50,654 bases of DNA from an uncultured PS1 clade bacterium (GTDB lineage: Bacteria > Pseudomonadota > Alphaproteobacteria > MED-G09): contig CACANC010000006.1 of the NCBI GenBank assembly GCA_902533755.1, forward strand, positions 1 to 50,654, in the 5' to 3' direction. The notes below the pieces were generated by a model. It ran no database searches, was not told the origin of the DNA, and saw nothing but the letters and a program-made list of their open reading frames with translations. A program made the translations under genes and the position numbers. Shown here one piece after another: positions 31,593-40,304 of this stretch; position 1 is the stretch's first letter, and every line of letters begins with the position of its first letter.

Positions 31593-34034
31593 TTATCTTT
31601 GATAAGATAATTTTAGCGCAATAGTTCTTCCTGGTTTAATATAAGCATATCTATCACCAGCAAAACCAGCTTCTGTACCTGCGCCACCTCCAGTTGAAGG
31701 TGCATCAGAACCTGAAGTTTGAATATATTCATCACCTAGGTTTCTACCAATAAGAGCTAATTTCCAGCCAGCAGCAGGAGAAGATAAACTTATACCTGCA
31801 TCAACAGTATTGTACCTTGGTTGTTTAATGTCTGGAATAGTGTCGCTTAATCTATAATCATCAGATGCCTTAAGATTCATATTAAACCCAAGCTCAAGAC
31901 CGCTTCTTAAAATTGAATTATAGTTAATACCTAAATTTAATCTATTTTCAGGAGCTAGAGCTTTTTTACTACCATTAAGATTTTGTAGTGTTAGTCCGCC
32001 ATCTGGAACATTACAACCCTCTGAAGGTTTTTGACCACCTGCACAAGGACCAACAAATTTTACATAATTTGAATCGTTATAACCATATGCAGCAGTTAAT
32101 CTTAATCCATCAATTAATGGAGGAAGGTAAGCTACTTGTATTTCTAAACCTCTTGATTCAGACTCTTCAGCATTTAGAGTTCTATAAGCAAATGTAGCAG
32201 CGTTAAAGTAATTAAGCTGAAGATCATCATAAGTGTAATCGTAAATATCAAAATTCACTTCAAGACTTCCGTCGTTTAGAAGAGCTTTTATACCAGCTTC
32301 AAAACCACTAACTTTTTCAGGTTGATATGTGATATCTCCAAGTGGATCTGCATTTAAAGTGCTGTCAATTGATCCGTTATCAAAACCACCAGACTTCCAA
32401 CCTTCTTTGTAAGCTAGAAAATATGTAAGTGTTTCGGAAGGCTGATATCGGAAAGTTACTTCTGGGACAAAATCATCAAATGATTGATCAGCAGCTAGTG
32501 TTCTTCCTTCAATAAATAAGAAACCGAAAACAGGGTTAACATATGGTTGAATAAAATATGAATCTTTAGATTCATCGATATAACGACCACCAGCTGTTAA
32601 TTGCATAGTATCATTTATATCCCAGCGCAGTTCACCATAAACAGAGAAGGTTTCTCCATCAGTTTCTGAAATTTTATCATATGCAACATATCTATTAGTT
32701 GGATCAGCAGCAGAATTTTCAGCACCTGCAAAAATAACTTCCTGTGCAAAATATCTTTCTGTTTCCTGCCAATATCCGCCTAGAGCCCAGTTAAGTGATC
32801 CACCACCAGTAGAAACTAACTTTAGTTCTAGAGATAAATTTTCAAAATCATTAACTTCACCAGCAAAACAACTTGTATTTGAGTTGTAATCACAATCAAT
32901 AACCCAAGCTACATTTTGTTCATGAGAATTCAAAATTGCTCTTAGTTGAGCTGTATCAAAATCATGTGTGAAATCTGCAGTGTAAATTTTTGACTCATAG
33001 GTTTCACCTAACTCTCCACCAAATTGCCCTGTTATTTCATAAGCTGCAGCGGGAACAGTTGGTATATTGTTAAAACCTGTAGCTCTATCTTTTTTACACT
33101 CACCTCCAGTTGGAAGAGGATTTGCTACTCCTCCAGTGTTTATTTGGGGAATATCACCTAGATAACAGTCAAATAATTCAGCCATAGTAACTGAAGCCAT
33201 AGATTTATCAGCAAAACTTGCCTTAAGCTTCAAAGTTGATCTATCGCCAAGATCTCCTTTAATAGTTAGTCTTTGATAGGACTCTTCGCTTGCAGGAAAA
33301 TATTTGGTTGTTGGTTCAGGGTTTTCATGTGCTGTAGGAGCAAAACCATTAGCTGCATCAACAGTAGTATAAATTGTGTCAGTTGCAGTATTTTTAAACC
33401 AACCTTTATCCATTTCGCTCTCATAAACAGCCAAACGTGCGCCCCAGTTATCACTTATAGGTCCTGATATCACAAATTCATATGTATCTGACTCATATTC
33501 AAATTCATGTGTTACGCTTCCTGAAATTTCAAATTCATCACCTGGGTCATTAGTTACAATAGAAACAGCACCTGCAGTAGCATTTTTACCAAAGTAAAGA
33601 GCTTGAGGACCTTTTAGAATTGCAACCTGGTTTGTATCAAATAATCCTTCATTAATAACTCTTCCTTGAGGAAAATAAACACCATCTATCATAACAGCAA
33701 CTGATTGCTCAATACCTAAACTACCAGGACTAGATGCAATACCTCTAATTGCTATTTGAACTCCACTACCACTATTGATACGATTAATTTCAAGTGATGC
33801 AGATGACGCAGCTATATCATCAAGAGAATTAATATTAAGATTCTCCATTTCTTCTTCACTATAGGCAGTAATTGCAACAGGTATATCCCTTATAGATTCC
33901 TCTGTAGCACGAGCCGTAACGACAATTTCTTCAATAGATGAAGAAAGTGAACTTACATCAGAATCTTGAGCATTAATTGAAAAAGCAAAAAATACTGAAA
34001 ATACTGAAATAACCAGTTTCTTTATGTTTAACAT
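31593..34034 (-). CDS. TonB-dependent outer-membrane receptor
   Basis: Signal peptide, TonB box IEEIVVTAR, plug ILKGPQALYFGKNATAGAV, GWKSGGF, C-terminal PGRT beta strand. Confidence 0.95.
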   Translation of the reverse strand: MLNIKKLVISVFSVFFAFSINAQDSDVSSLSSSIEEIVVTARATEESIRDIPVAITAYSEEEMENLNINSLDDIAASSASLEINRINSGSGVQIAIRGIASSPGSLGIEQSVAVMIDGVYFPQGRVINEGLFDTNQVAILKGPQALYFGKNATAGAVSIVTNDPGDEFEISGSVTHEFEYESDTYEFVISGPISDNWGARLAVYESEMDKGWFKNTATDTIYTTVDAANGFAPTAHENPEPTTKYFPASEESYQRLTIKGDLGDRSTLKLKASFADKSMASVTMAELFDCYLGDIPQINTGGVANPLPTGGECKKDRATGFNNIPTVPAAAYEITGQFGGELGETYESKIYTADFTHDFDTAQLRAILNSHEQNVAWVIDCDYNSNTSCFAGEVNDFENLSLELKLVSTGGGSLNWALGGYWQETERYFAQEVIFAGAENSAADPTNRYVAYDKISETDGETFSVYGELRWDINDTMQLTAGGRYIDESKDSYFIQPYVNPVFGFLFIEGRTLAADQSFDDFVPEVTFRYQPSETLTYFLAYKEGWKSGGFDNGSIDSTLNADPLGDITYQPEKVSGFEAGIKALLNDGSLEVNFDIYDYTYDDLQLNYFNAATFAYRTLNAEESESRGLEIQVAYLPPLIDGLRLTAAYGYNDSNYVKFVGPCAGGQKPSEGCNVPDGGLTLQNLNGSKKALAPENRLNLGINYNSILRSGLELGFNMNLKASDDYRLSDTIPDIKQPRYNTVDAGISLSSPAAGWKLALIGRNLGDEYIQTSGSDAPSTGGGAGTEAGFAGDRYAYIKPGRTIALKLSYQR

Positions 34035-34149
34035 TCTGTTCCCTCCCCAGGTATATTCAAATTAATTAATAATTATTAATATTATTGGAAATTAAAGAAA
34101 AATATATAAAATGTAAAATAATTATTAATTAATTTTGATTTGGCTTAAT

Positions 34150-34164
34150 TTTATTAGATTATAA
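34150..34164 (+). repeat. 15-nt upstream motif, copy 1 (TTTATTAGATTATAA)
   Basis: Identical to 35980-35994; both precede a TTTAGGGG(G)AAAAA(A)TGG RBS/start. Confidence 0.7.
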
Positions 34165-34180
34165 TAATTTAGGGGGAAAA

Positions 34181-34591
34181 ATGGCTTTTATTGGTCCATT
34201 TGAAGACAGATTAGCAATTCATGAATTAGTTATGGTTTATGGCGATGCCGTAACTAGAAAGGATTCTGATGACTGGGGGTCAACTTGGGATGAAAATGCA
34301 ATATGGAGCGTTCCTAATTTTCCAGGATTAGAAAAAGTTGAAGGAAGAAAAGAAATAGTTAAAAAGTGGGAGGAAGCAATGGAAAATTATAAGTATATTG
34401 TTTTCACAGCCCTTTTAGGTTCCTTAGATATAAATGGTAATAAGGCTTCAGGTACTACCTATACAATTGAAGTGAGCACAGATATTGAAGAGAAAAAATC
34501 TCAAATTCATGGTCAATATCTTGATGAATTTATAAAAAAAGGAAATAAATGGTTTTTCCTAAAAAGAACATTTTCAATTTTACATGATTAA
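34181..34591 (+). CDS. SnoaL-like/NTF2 family protein
   Basis: EDRLAIHEL..YGDAV, WGSTW, GQYLDE, WFFLKR. Confidence 0.88.
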   Translation: MAFIGPFEDRLAIHELVMVYGDAVTRKDSDDWGSTWDENAIWSVPNFPGLEKVEGRKEIVKKWEEAMENYKYIVFTALLGSLDINGNKASGTTYTIEVSTDIEEKKSQIHGQYLDEFIKKGNKWFFLKRTFSILHD

Positions 34592-34608
34592 TAAAAATAA
34601 AGGTAACT

Positions 34609-35958
34609 ATGAGTATTGATTTAAAAAAAGAAAGAGAAAAAATCGTTAGTGGATCAGCTAATGTATTTTATGATGAAGAAGTTAAAATTACTGGAGAAAG
34701 ATACACATCTCATAGCTTTATGGAAAAAGAGATGGATAAAGTTTGGGCCAAAGTCTGGAATATTGGAGGCTGGAGTAATGAAATTCCCGAGTCAGGCGAT
34801 TACATAACCCATGAAATAGGCCGTGAATCTATTTTAATGGTAAGGCAGGAAGATAATTCTATAAAGGCTTTCCATAATGTTTGCCCTCACAGAGGAAATA
34901 GACTAGTTCATGATGATAATGGTTCTTCTCCAAGTTTTACATGCACTTATCATGGATGGAAATTCAACAATGAGGGTATTCTTGTTTATGCTCAGGATGA
35001 GGATGACTTTCCTCAAGGAAATCCTTGTGGAAAAATTAATCTAACTGAAATTCCTTGTAAAATTTATGGTGGTTTTATTTGGTATAATATGGATGAAAAC
35101 TGTACTCCTTTATTTGATTTTTTAGGAGAAGTAAAAAAATACTTCGATATGCATGACCTTAACGGTATGAAAAGAGTTTATTATAAAGTCAGTGAAGTGC
35201 CTTTTAACTGGAAAGCATTAAGAGATAATTTTAATGAGTCTTATCATTTGCCAATGACTCACCCTCAAATTATCGATTACTTTGATGATGATTACAAAAA
35301 CACTGATTTTGAACTTTTTAATACCGGCCACAATTTAATGAAAATGAAAGGATGCCTCCCCTCTTTAAGGGATAAAGGCACTTTCGAAATGAATGAAAAA
35401 CTTGAAGGCGATTTATTAAATTGGAACTTAAACCCAAAAGATTTTGATGGTAAGGCTCATTTGGTAAGAGAGGCCTTACAAAAACAAAAAAGAAAGTTAG
35501 GATCTAAAAGAGGTTTCGACCACTTTGAAAGAATGCCAGATGCTTGGTTAACTGATGCATTTCATTTTAATATTTTTCCAGGTACATCAATAACATTTAC
35601 TGCTGAGGTTTGTACTCTTCAAAGAACTGAACCTCATCCTACCGACCCTAATAAATCAATATATGATCATTGGCAAATGGCTCTAAGAGCAACAGACTCG
35701 GAAAATCCTGAAACCAATCCCACAATGTTGGTTGCTAGTCCAGAAGATATGGTTGAATGGAAAGAGGTTGATAAGCATGTTGTTATATTTGGCGAAGAAA
35801 CATTAAGTGATGTTGCAGATCAAGATCTTGATAGGTCAAGTGCACAACAATTGGGTTTTCATTCAAGGGGTTTTAAGGGAGCATACCTATCCGGACAAGA
35901 AAACAGAGTTCAACAATTTCATAATTTCATAGATAGATATATCTATGATAAGTTGTAA
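34609..35958 (+). CDS. Rieske non-heme iron oxygenase alpha subunit
   Basis: CPH..CTYH Rieske motif; NFNESYHLPMTH and DQD mononuclear iron ligands. Confidence 0.95.
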   Translation: MSIDLKKEREKIVSGSANVFYDEEVKITGERYTSHSFMEKEMDKVWAKVWNIGGWSNEIPESGDYITHEIGRESILMVRQEDNSIKAFHNVCPHRGNRLVHDDNGSSPSFTCTYHGWKFNNEGILVYAQDEDDFPQGNPCGKINLTEIPCKIYGGFIWYNMDENCTPLFDFLGEVKKYFDMHDLNGMKRVYYKVSEVPFNWKALRDNFNESYHLPMTHPQIIDYFDDDYKNTDFELFNTGHNLMKMKGCLPSLRDKGTFEMNEKLEGDLLNWNLNPKDFDGKAHLVREALQKQKRKLGSKRGFDHFERMPDAWLTDAFHFNIFPGTSITFTAEVCTLQRTEPHPTDPNKSIYDHWQMALRATDSENPETNPTMLVASPEDMVEWKEVDKHVVIFGEETLSDVADQDLDRSSAQQLGFHSRGFKGAYLSGQENRVQQFHNFIDRYIYDKL

Positions 35959-35979
35959 AAATATATTTTTTTTGTAAAA

Positions 35980-35994
35980 TTTATTAGATTATAA
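35980..35994 (+). repeat. 15-nt upstream motif, copy 2 (TTTATTAGATTATAA)
   Basis: Identical to 34150-34164. Confidence 0.7.
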
Positions 35995-36017
35995 AAGAAA
36001 TTTTTTTAGGGGAAAAA

Positions 36018-37451
36018 ATGGATAAAATAGTCAAACACCCATCAGTATTAGACGGTAAGAATCCAAATGAATTAAGAGGCGACTCAATAACTAATGATCG
36101 ATATTTTTGTAAAGATTTTATGGATAAAGAATGGAGCCATATGTGGACAAAAGTATGGTTAATAGCTGGAAGAGAAATACAAATTGAAGAACCAGGTGAT
36201 TATATTGTTCATGATTTAGTTAAAGAATCCGTTATCATTGTAAGGCAAAAAGATGGGTCTATAAGGGGTTTCTACAATAGCTGTGCGCATCGAGGTCAAA
36301 GACTAGTTGAATGCGATAGCTCACAAGACTCTTTTCGTTGCCCTTATCATGATTGGCAGTTTGGATTAAATGGCGATGTAATAAGTGTTCCTGATGAAGA
36401 TGATTATCCTCAAGGAAGTCCAGTAGGAAAAAGAAAGTTAGTCGAAGTTAGAGTTGATACATGGGATGGTTTCATTTTTTACACGATGAGTGATGAGGCT
36501 CCTGATCTTATGGATTATTTAGATCCAATTCCTGAGATATATAAAAATCACAATTTTAAAGATCAAATTAGAGCTCAATGGGTTAGAGTTGAGCTGGATG
36601 TTAATTGGAAATTCTTTTGCGATAATTTTAATGAGTCATATCATACTCGATTTGTACATCCTCAGGTACCTTCTGTAATTGACCAAGATCATTTTACTTC
36701 AAGATATGAAATGTTTCCAAAAGGTCATGCGAGAATAATTCAAATGGGTCGTCCATCATTAAGAGATAAAGTGAACGAAGATGAAGATCATCCGTTCAAA
36801 ATGATACTTGAAAGTTGGGGAGTTGATGTGAGTCAGTATCCTGATTATGAAACATTATCTGAGCAAGGTTGGACAGATCTAAAAAAAGCAAAAAGAAAAT
36901 TATATAAAGAAAAAGGTTACCATCATTATGAAAACCTATCTGATGAAGAGTTAACAGAAAGCCCTTTTCAATTTATTTTTCCAAATATTGCTATGGGTGT
37001 ACAAGCAGATGGCTGCATTCTCTTAAACTGGTTTCCACATCCAACTGATCCAGAAAAATGTTTTTTTGATCTATGGGATATGGGATATCCAATTGGTGGA
37101 TCAGCAAAAGGTATAGGTAAAACAGGCAGAGAAAACGATCAAGCATTTACCTCAACTTCTGCAGGCATAGGTAAAAAAGATGAAGCTAACGATCAAGAAT
37201 TTCTTAGTCGCACTAAAGTAAACCCAGTTAAACTTCAAGAAGTTGAATTAGATTTTAGAGATTATGACGGCGGCAAAGGAGTTGAAGACTTATGGGATCA
37301 TGTCGTTTATCAAGATTGGCAACTTACTGATGGTTTAAGAAGAGGTGTAAGATCAAAAGGATACCAAGAGCCTTATCTTGCAGCTCAAGAAACGAGAGTT
37401 AGATACTTTCATGAAACACTACATGATTATCTAAATGGAAAAGAACCCTAA
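36018..37451 (+). CDS. Rieske non-heme iron oxygenase alpha subunit
   Basis: CAH..CPYH; NFNESYHTRFVH; YQD. Confidence 0.95.
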   Translation: MDKIVKHPSVLDGKNPNELRGDSITNDRYFCKDFMDKEWSHMWTKVWLIAGREIQIEEPGDYIVHDLVKESVIIVRQKDGSIRGFYNSCAHRGQRLVECDSSQDSFRCPYHDWQFGLNGDVISVPDEDDYPQGSPVGKRKLVEVRVDTWDGFIFYTMSDEAPDLMDYLDPIPEIYKNHNFKDQIRAQWVRVELDVNWKFFCDNFNESYHTRFVHPQVPSVIDQDHFTSRYEMFPKGHARIIQMGRPSLRDKVNEDEDHPFKMILESWGVDVSQYPDYETLSEQGWTDLKKAKRKLYKEKGYHHYENLSDEELTESPFQFIFPNIAMGVQADGCILLNWFPHPTDPEKCFFDLWDMGYPIGGSAKGIGKTGRENDQAFTSTSAGIGKKDEANDQEFLSRTKVNPVKLQEVELDFRDYDGGKGVEDLWDHVVYQDWQLTDGLRRGVRSKGYQEPYLAAQETRVRYFHETLHDYLNGKEP

Positions 37452-37452
37452 T

Positions 37453-37481
37453 AAAAAAAGCGCCTAAATAGACGCTTTTTT
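37453..37481. terminator. Bidirectional intrinsic terminator between convergent genes
   Basis: AAAAAAAGCGCCTA-AA-TAGACGCTTTTTT hairpin with A and T tails. Confidence 0.82.
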
Positions 37482-37498
37482 CATAAATTTAAAAAAAA

Positions 37499-37909
37499 TT
37501 AATTTTGTTTAGGTAACCAAATCTGAGTTAAAATTATTATTGTAACAACTGCTAAAAAGGCTATACCTAATGGGGTTGGAGTTGTAAGTGCTTCAGTAGT
37601 ACCAACATATTCAAGATAAGCTTGAGCACCTTCTGATATTGATCCATTTTGTTCTTTAAGATCTGTAATTGCTCTTGCAGTAACTATCCATAAATTACCT
37701 CCAAATGTATATTGTTGCCATGCAAATGCTACGACAATAAGACCAAATGCAGTTGATATAATTTTTGCGATAACATTTGCTTCATCTGAAGCCCTTGTTG
37801 CAGCCGCAATTCTTAATGATAGCCAAATAGCTAATATAATCCCTATTGATACTAATGCTGTACCTGCTCTATTGCTCGCCCATAAAGTCCATATCTGAAA
37901 TTCTTCCAT
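37499..37909 (-). CDS. Hypothetical membrane protein (paralog B)
   Basis: 136 aa, about 3 TM segments, AGGAG RBS; aligns with 37961-38362. Confidence 0.8.
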   Translation of the reverse strand: MEEFQIWTLWASNRAGTALVSIGIILAIWLSLRIAAATRASDEANVIAKIISTAFGLIVVAFAWQQYTFGGNLWIVTARAITDLKEQNGSISEGAQAYLEYVGTTEALTTPTPLGIAFLAVVTIIILTQIWLPKQN

Positions 37910-37960
37910 TTTTTTCTCCTTTCTTAAATAATGAATAAATTTATATAATTTTTATTATTT

Positions 37961-38362
37961 TTATTTTTTTACCCAAATTGGCGCAAGAAGAGCAATAACA
38001 ACCACTATCCACCAGACGCCAGTTATTGGATCCCAAGGAATTAAAGAAAATTGAGGAGGTTCAGAAATTGGTAAAAAATCTACAAACCTTTGTGCATGTG
38101 GAGATAAACTATCCAATTGCCCTAAAGAATATGAAGTGCTTCTCCAATTAATAGAAAAGAACCCAGAGATCTGTAAACCACTGTAAACTATGCCAAGTCC
38201 AAATAAAGAACTAATAATTTTTGTAGGTAAATTAGCTCCTTGATCATAAATCCTTAATGATCCTCTTAATGCAGCCCACAAAAGAACAAAAACTCCCAAT
38301 TGAAACATTGCATTACTTATAGCTTGCATCCAAAACATATTTAGAATTTGATATTCAGTCAT
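37961..38362 (-). CDS. Hypothetical membrane protein (paralog A)
   Basis: 133 aa, about 3 TM segments, AAGGAGG RBS. Confidence 0.8.
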   Translation of the reverse strand: MTEYQILNMFWMQAISNAMFQLGVFVLLWAALRGSLRIYDQGANLPTKIISSLFGLGIVYSGLQISGFFSINWRSTSYSLGQLDSLSPHAQRFVDFLPISEPPQFSLIPWDPITGVWWIVVVIALLAPIWVKK

Positions 38363-38387
38363 ATAACCCTCCTTATTATTTTAAAAC

Positions 38388-38402
38388 TGAGAATGATTCT
38401 TA
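38388..38402. promoter_or_regulatory. Fur-box-like 7-1-7 inverted repeat
   Basis: TGAGAAT-G-ATTCTTA versus the Fur 7-1-7 consensus TGATAAT-N-ATTATCA; 25 nt upstream of ATG 38362. Confidence 0.55.
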
Positions 38403-38448
38403 TCTAATAAGAAATTTTGTATTTATGCGATATCTTTTTTTAATTTTA

Positions 38449-38457
38449 TGTGGATAA
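38449..38457 (-). promoter_or_regulatory. Consensus DnaA box
   Basis: TGTGGATAA (TTATCCACA on the minus strand), intergenic; single perfect copy. Confidence 0.35.
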
Positions 38458-38476
38458 CTTTTTTTATTATAATTCC

Positions 38477-38635
38477 TTAAGGTTGAACTAATTTAATCTT
38501 TATTTTTTGTTTTTTAATTTTTAACCTATGAAGGTGAGAGTAAGTATTCTGTGTTCTTTTGCTGATAATCGATTTAATATTAGCTCTTCTTTTTCTGGCT
38601 CTATCTGATCTTGTTAAGCGCCTTGATTTATCCAT
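38477..38635 (-). CDS. Putative small, highly basic protein (52 aa; not in the ORF track)
   Basis: Hand translation MDKSRRLTRSDRARKRRANIKSIISKRTQNTYSHLHRLKIKKQKIKIKLVQP*; no clear RBS. Confidence 0.4.
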   Translation of the reverse strand: MDKSRRLTRSDRARKRRANIKSIISKRTQNTYSHLHRLKIKKQKIKIKLVQP

Positions 38636-38678
38636 AAGAACATTTTATTGATGCTTAAAATTATTTCAAACGAGAATC

Positions 38679-39035
38679 CTACATCTTAGATTCATGTTCC
38701 TCAACAATATAAGTTCTCATTAGAGATAAATCGAAAATTTTTTCCTCATCATCATTTATTTCTTTTTTAATTTCAGTTTTTTGAAGGTTTTCAGCACATT
38801 TTTCGAATGTTTCCATGTCCGGATACCATATTTCCATTAATACATCGAAATCTGGATCATATATTTTTCCTGATCTATCGGGCAAAGGATTGGTAAAGCG
38901 TCTTATATATTTTGTAGCGTATCCTGTTAGATATTTCTCACCTATTATTCTGTGTTTGGTTTCATAGTATTTTCGAAATTCCTCGATTGTCATACCTTCT
39001 TTTCTTCTCATAGGCATTATAACTTTTATCATCAA
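38679..39035 (-). CDS. EthD-domain (dimeric alpha-beta barrel) protein
   Basis: RRKEGMTIEEFRKYYETKH, FDVLMEIWY, DEEKIFD. Confidence 0.88.
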   Translation of the reverse strand: MMIKVIMPMRRKEGMTIEEFRKYYETKHRIIGEKYLTGYATKYIRRFTNPLPDRSGKIYDPDFDVLMEIWYPDMETFEKCAENLQKTEIKKEINDDEEKIFDLSLMRTYIVEEHESKM

Positions 39036-39043
39036 TATTCTCC

Positions 39044-40246
39044 TTAACTATCCATTATCTTAAAAGTAACTCCAGCATTTGGTAAACGATTAATAAGAGT
39101 ATCACCCATTGCAGAAGCAGGAGTCCAAAAACCACCACCAACACTTAAATCATCTTGTGCTAGAGCCATAGCGCTCTCCGATATCATTTTAGCTGTAGAT
39201 TTGTATCCTGGATCTTTATCGCCATGAATCCAAACCCGCATATCTTTATCTCTATCCGTTGGGTGGATACCTAATAATTCGATTTCAAAAAAACCATTTT
39301 CCATTGTTTCTTCTGAAGGTCCTTCACCTGGTTTAGGGAGAAAACTTTTCAAGATAGATCTCGTTGGAGAAAATGCAGCCATTCCTGCCATTCCTCCGGT
39401 CACCATTCCAGATGTTGTTGCACCAATTAAGCCTTTTGGCCCTTTGCCAGTAATACTACCTTCATTATATTCAAAATCATCTCCATAAATATTATTTAGT
39501 AATTCATTTGTTCTTCTAACTACTCTAGTATTAATTCCAGCCATAATAAAAGGGCCAACCCAAGCGTTAAAATCTTCGTCAAAATATGGTGACATTTTAT
39601 CCGGACCATCTAGACCTTTTTCTTTATCATTAAGTGCGTATGGATTTGCAATAATTTTAAGAATAGAAGAATCTTTTTTGGCTTGTTCCATCATTGACAT
39701 AAGGCTATCAACAGTTCCCCCACTGGCACCCCCTGAAAAGCCCCTTGTTCTATATTTTATTTGTTTTGCATTTACACCATGTAACTCACGCATATTTTTC
39801 TGAAGAAAATAAACTCCTATATCTGACGGAATACTGTCAAAACCACAAGTATGAACTATTTTTGCTCCACTTTCTTTAGCGGTATTTTGATATTTAGTGA
39901 TCATATGCCTCATCCAATGCACTTCACCGGTTAGATCACAATAATGAGTTCCATGCTCAGCACATGCTTCTACTAACTCAGATCCATATCTCGCATATGG
40001 ACCAACAGTTGTTAGAATTACCTTTGTTTTCTTAACCAGATCGACCAAGGATTCCTTATCATGGCTATCTGCAATAAGAATTGGCACATTCTTTCCATCA
40101 AGTATCTCTTTAATCTTTGACTCGTTTCTGCCTGCTACAGCCCATGTCAAATTACTGTTATTTTGATTCTTATAAATATAATCGACAGCTAATCTTCCTG
40201 TAAAACCACTCGCTCCCCAGATAATAATATCGTATATTTTTTCCAT
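39044..40246 (-). CDS. Saccharopine dehydrogenase-like oxidoreductase (trans-acting enoyl reductase family)
   Basis: WGASGFTG, VGPYARYG, YCDLTGE, CGFDSIPSDIG, DPGY, TPASAMG. Confidence 0.9.
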   Translation of the reverse strand: MEKIYDIIIWGASGFTGRLAVDYIYKNQNNSNLTWAVAGRNESKIKEILDGKNVPILIADSHDKESLVDLVKKTKVILTTVGPYARYGSELVEACAEHGTHYCDLTGEVHWMRHMITKYQNTAKESGAKIVHTCGFDSIPSDIGVYFLQKNMRELHGVNAKQIKYRTRGFSGGASGGTVDSLMSMMEQAKKDSSILKIIANPYALNDKEKGLDGPDKMSPYFDEDFNAWVGPFIMAGINTRVVRRTNELLNNIYGDDFEYNEGSITGKGPKGLIGATTSGMVTGGMAGMAAFSPTRSILKSFLPKPGEGPSEETMENGFFEIELLGIHPTDRDKDMRVWIHGDKDPGYKSTAKMISESAMALAQDDLSVGGGFWTPASAMGDTLINRLPNAGVTFKIMDS

Positions 40247-40304
40247 AGTTTATTCCTTAAAATCATTATTTGAAAACATATCTATTTAAGACTATATAAT
40301 TTGC

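Noticed and set aside
34040-34148. ATTAATTAAT-type repeats in the receptor/SnoaL spacer as CtrA boxes or an array
   Set aside because: No TTAA-N7-TTAA spacing found; low-complexity AT sequence
38363-38678. Replication origin or ncRNA in this gap
   Set aside because: Only one perfect DnaA box and no GC-rich structured segment; insufficient support
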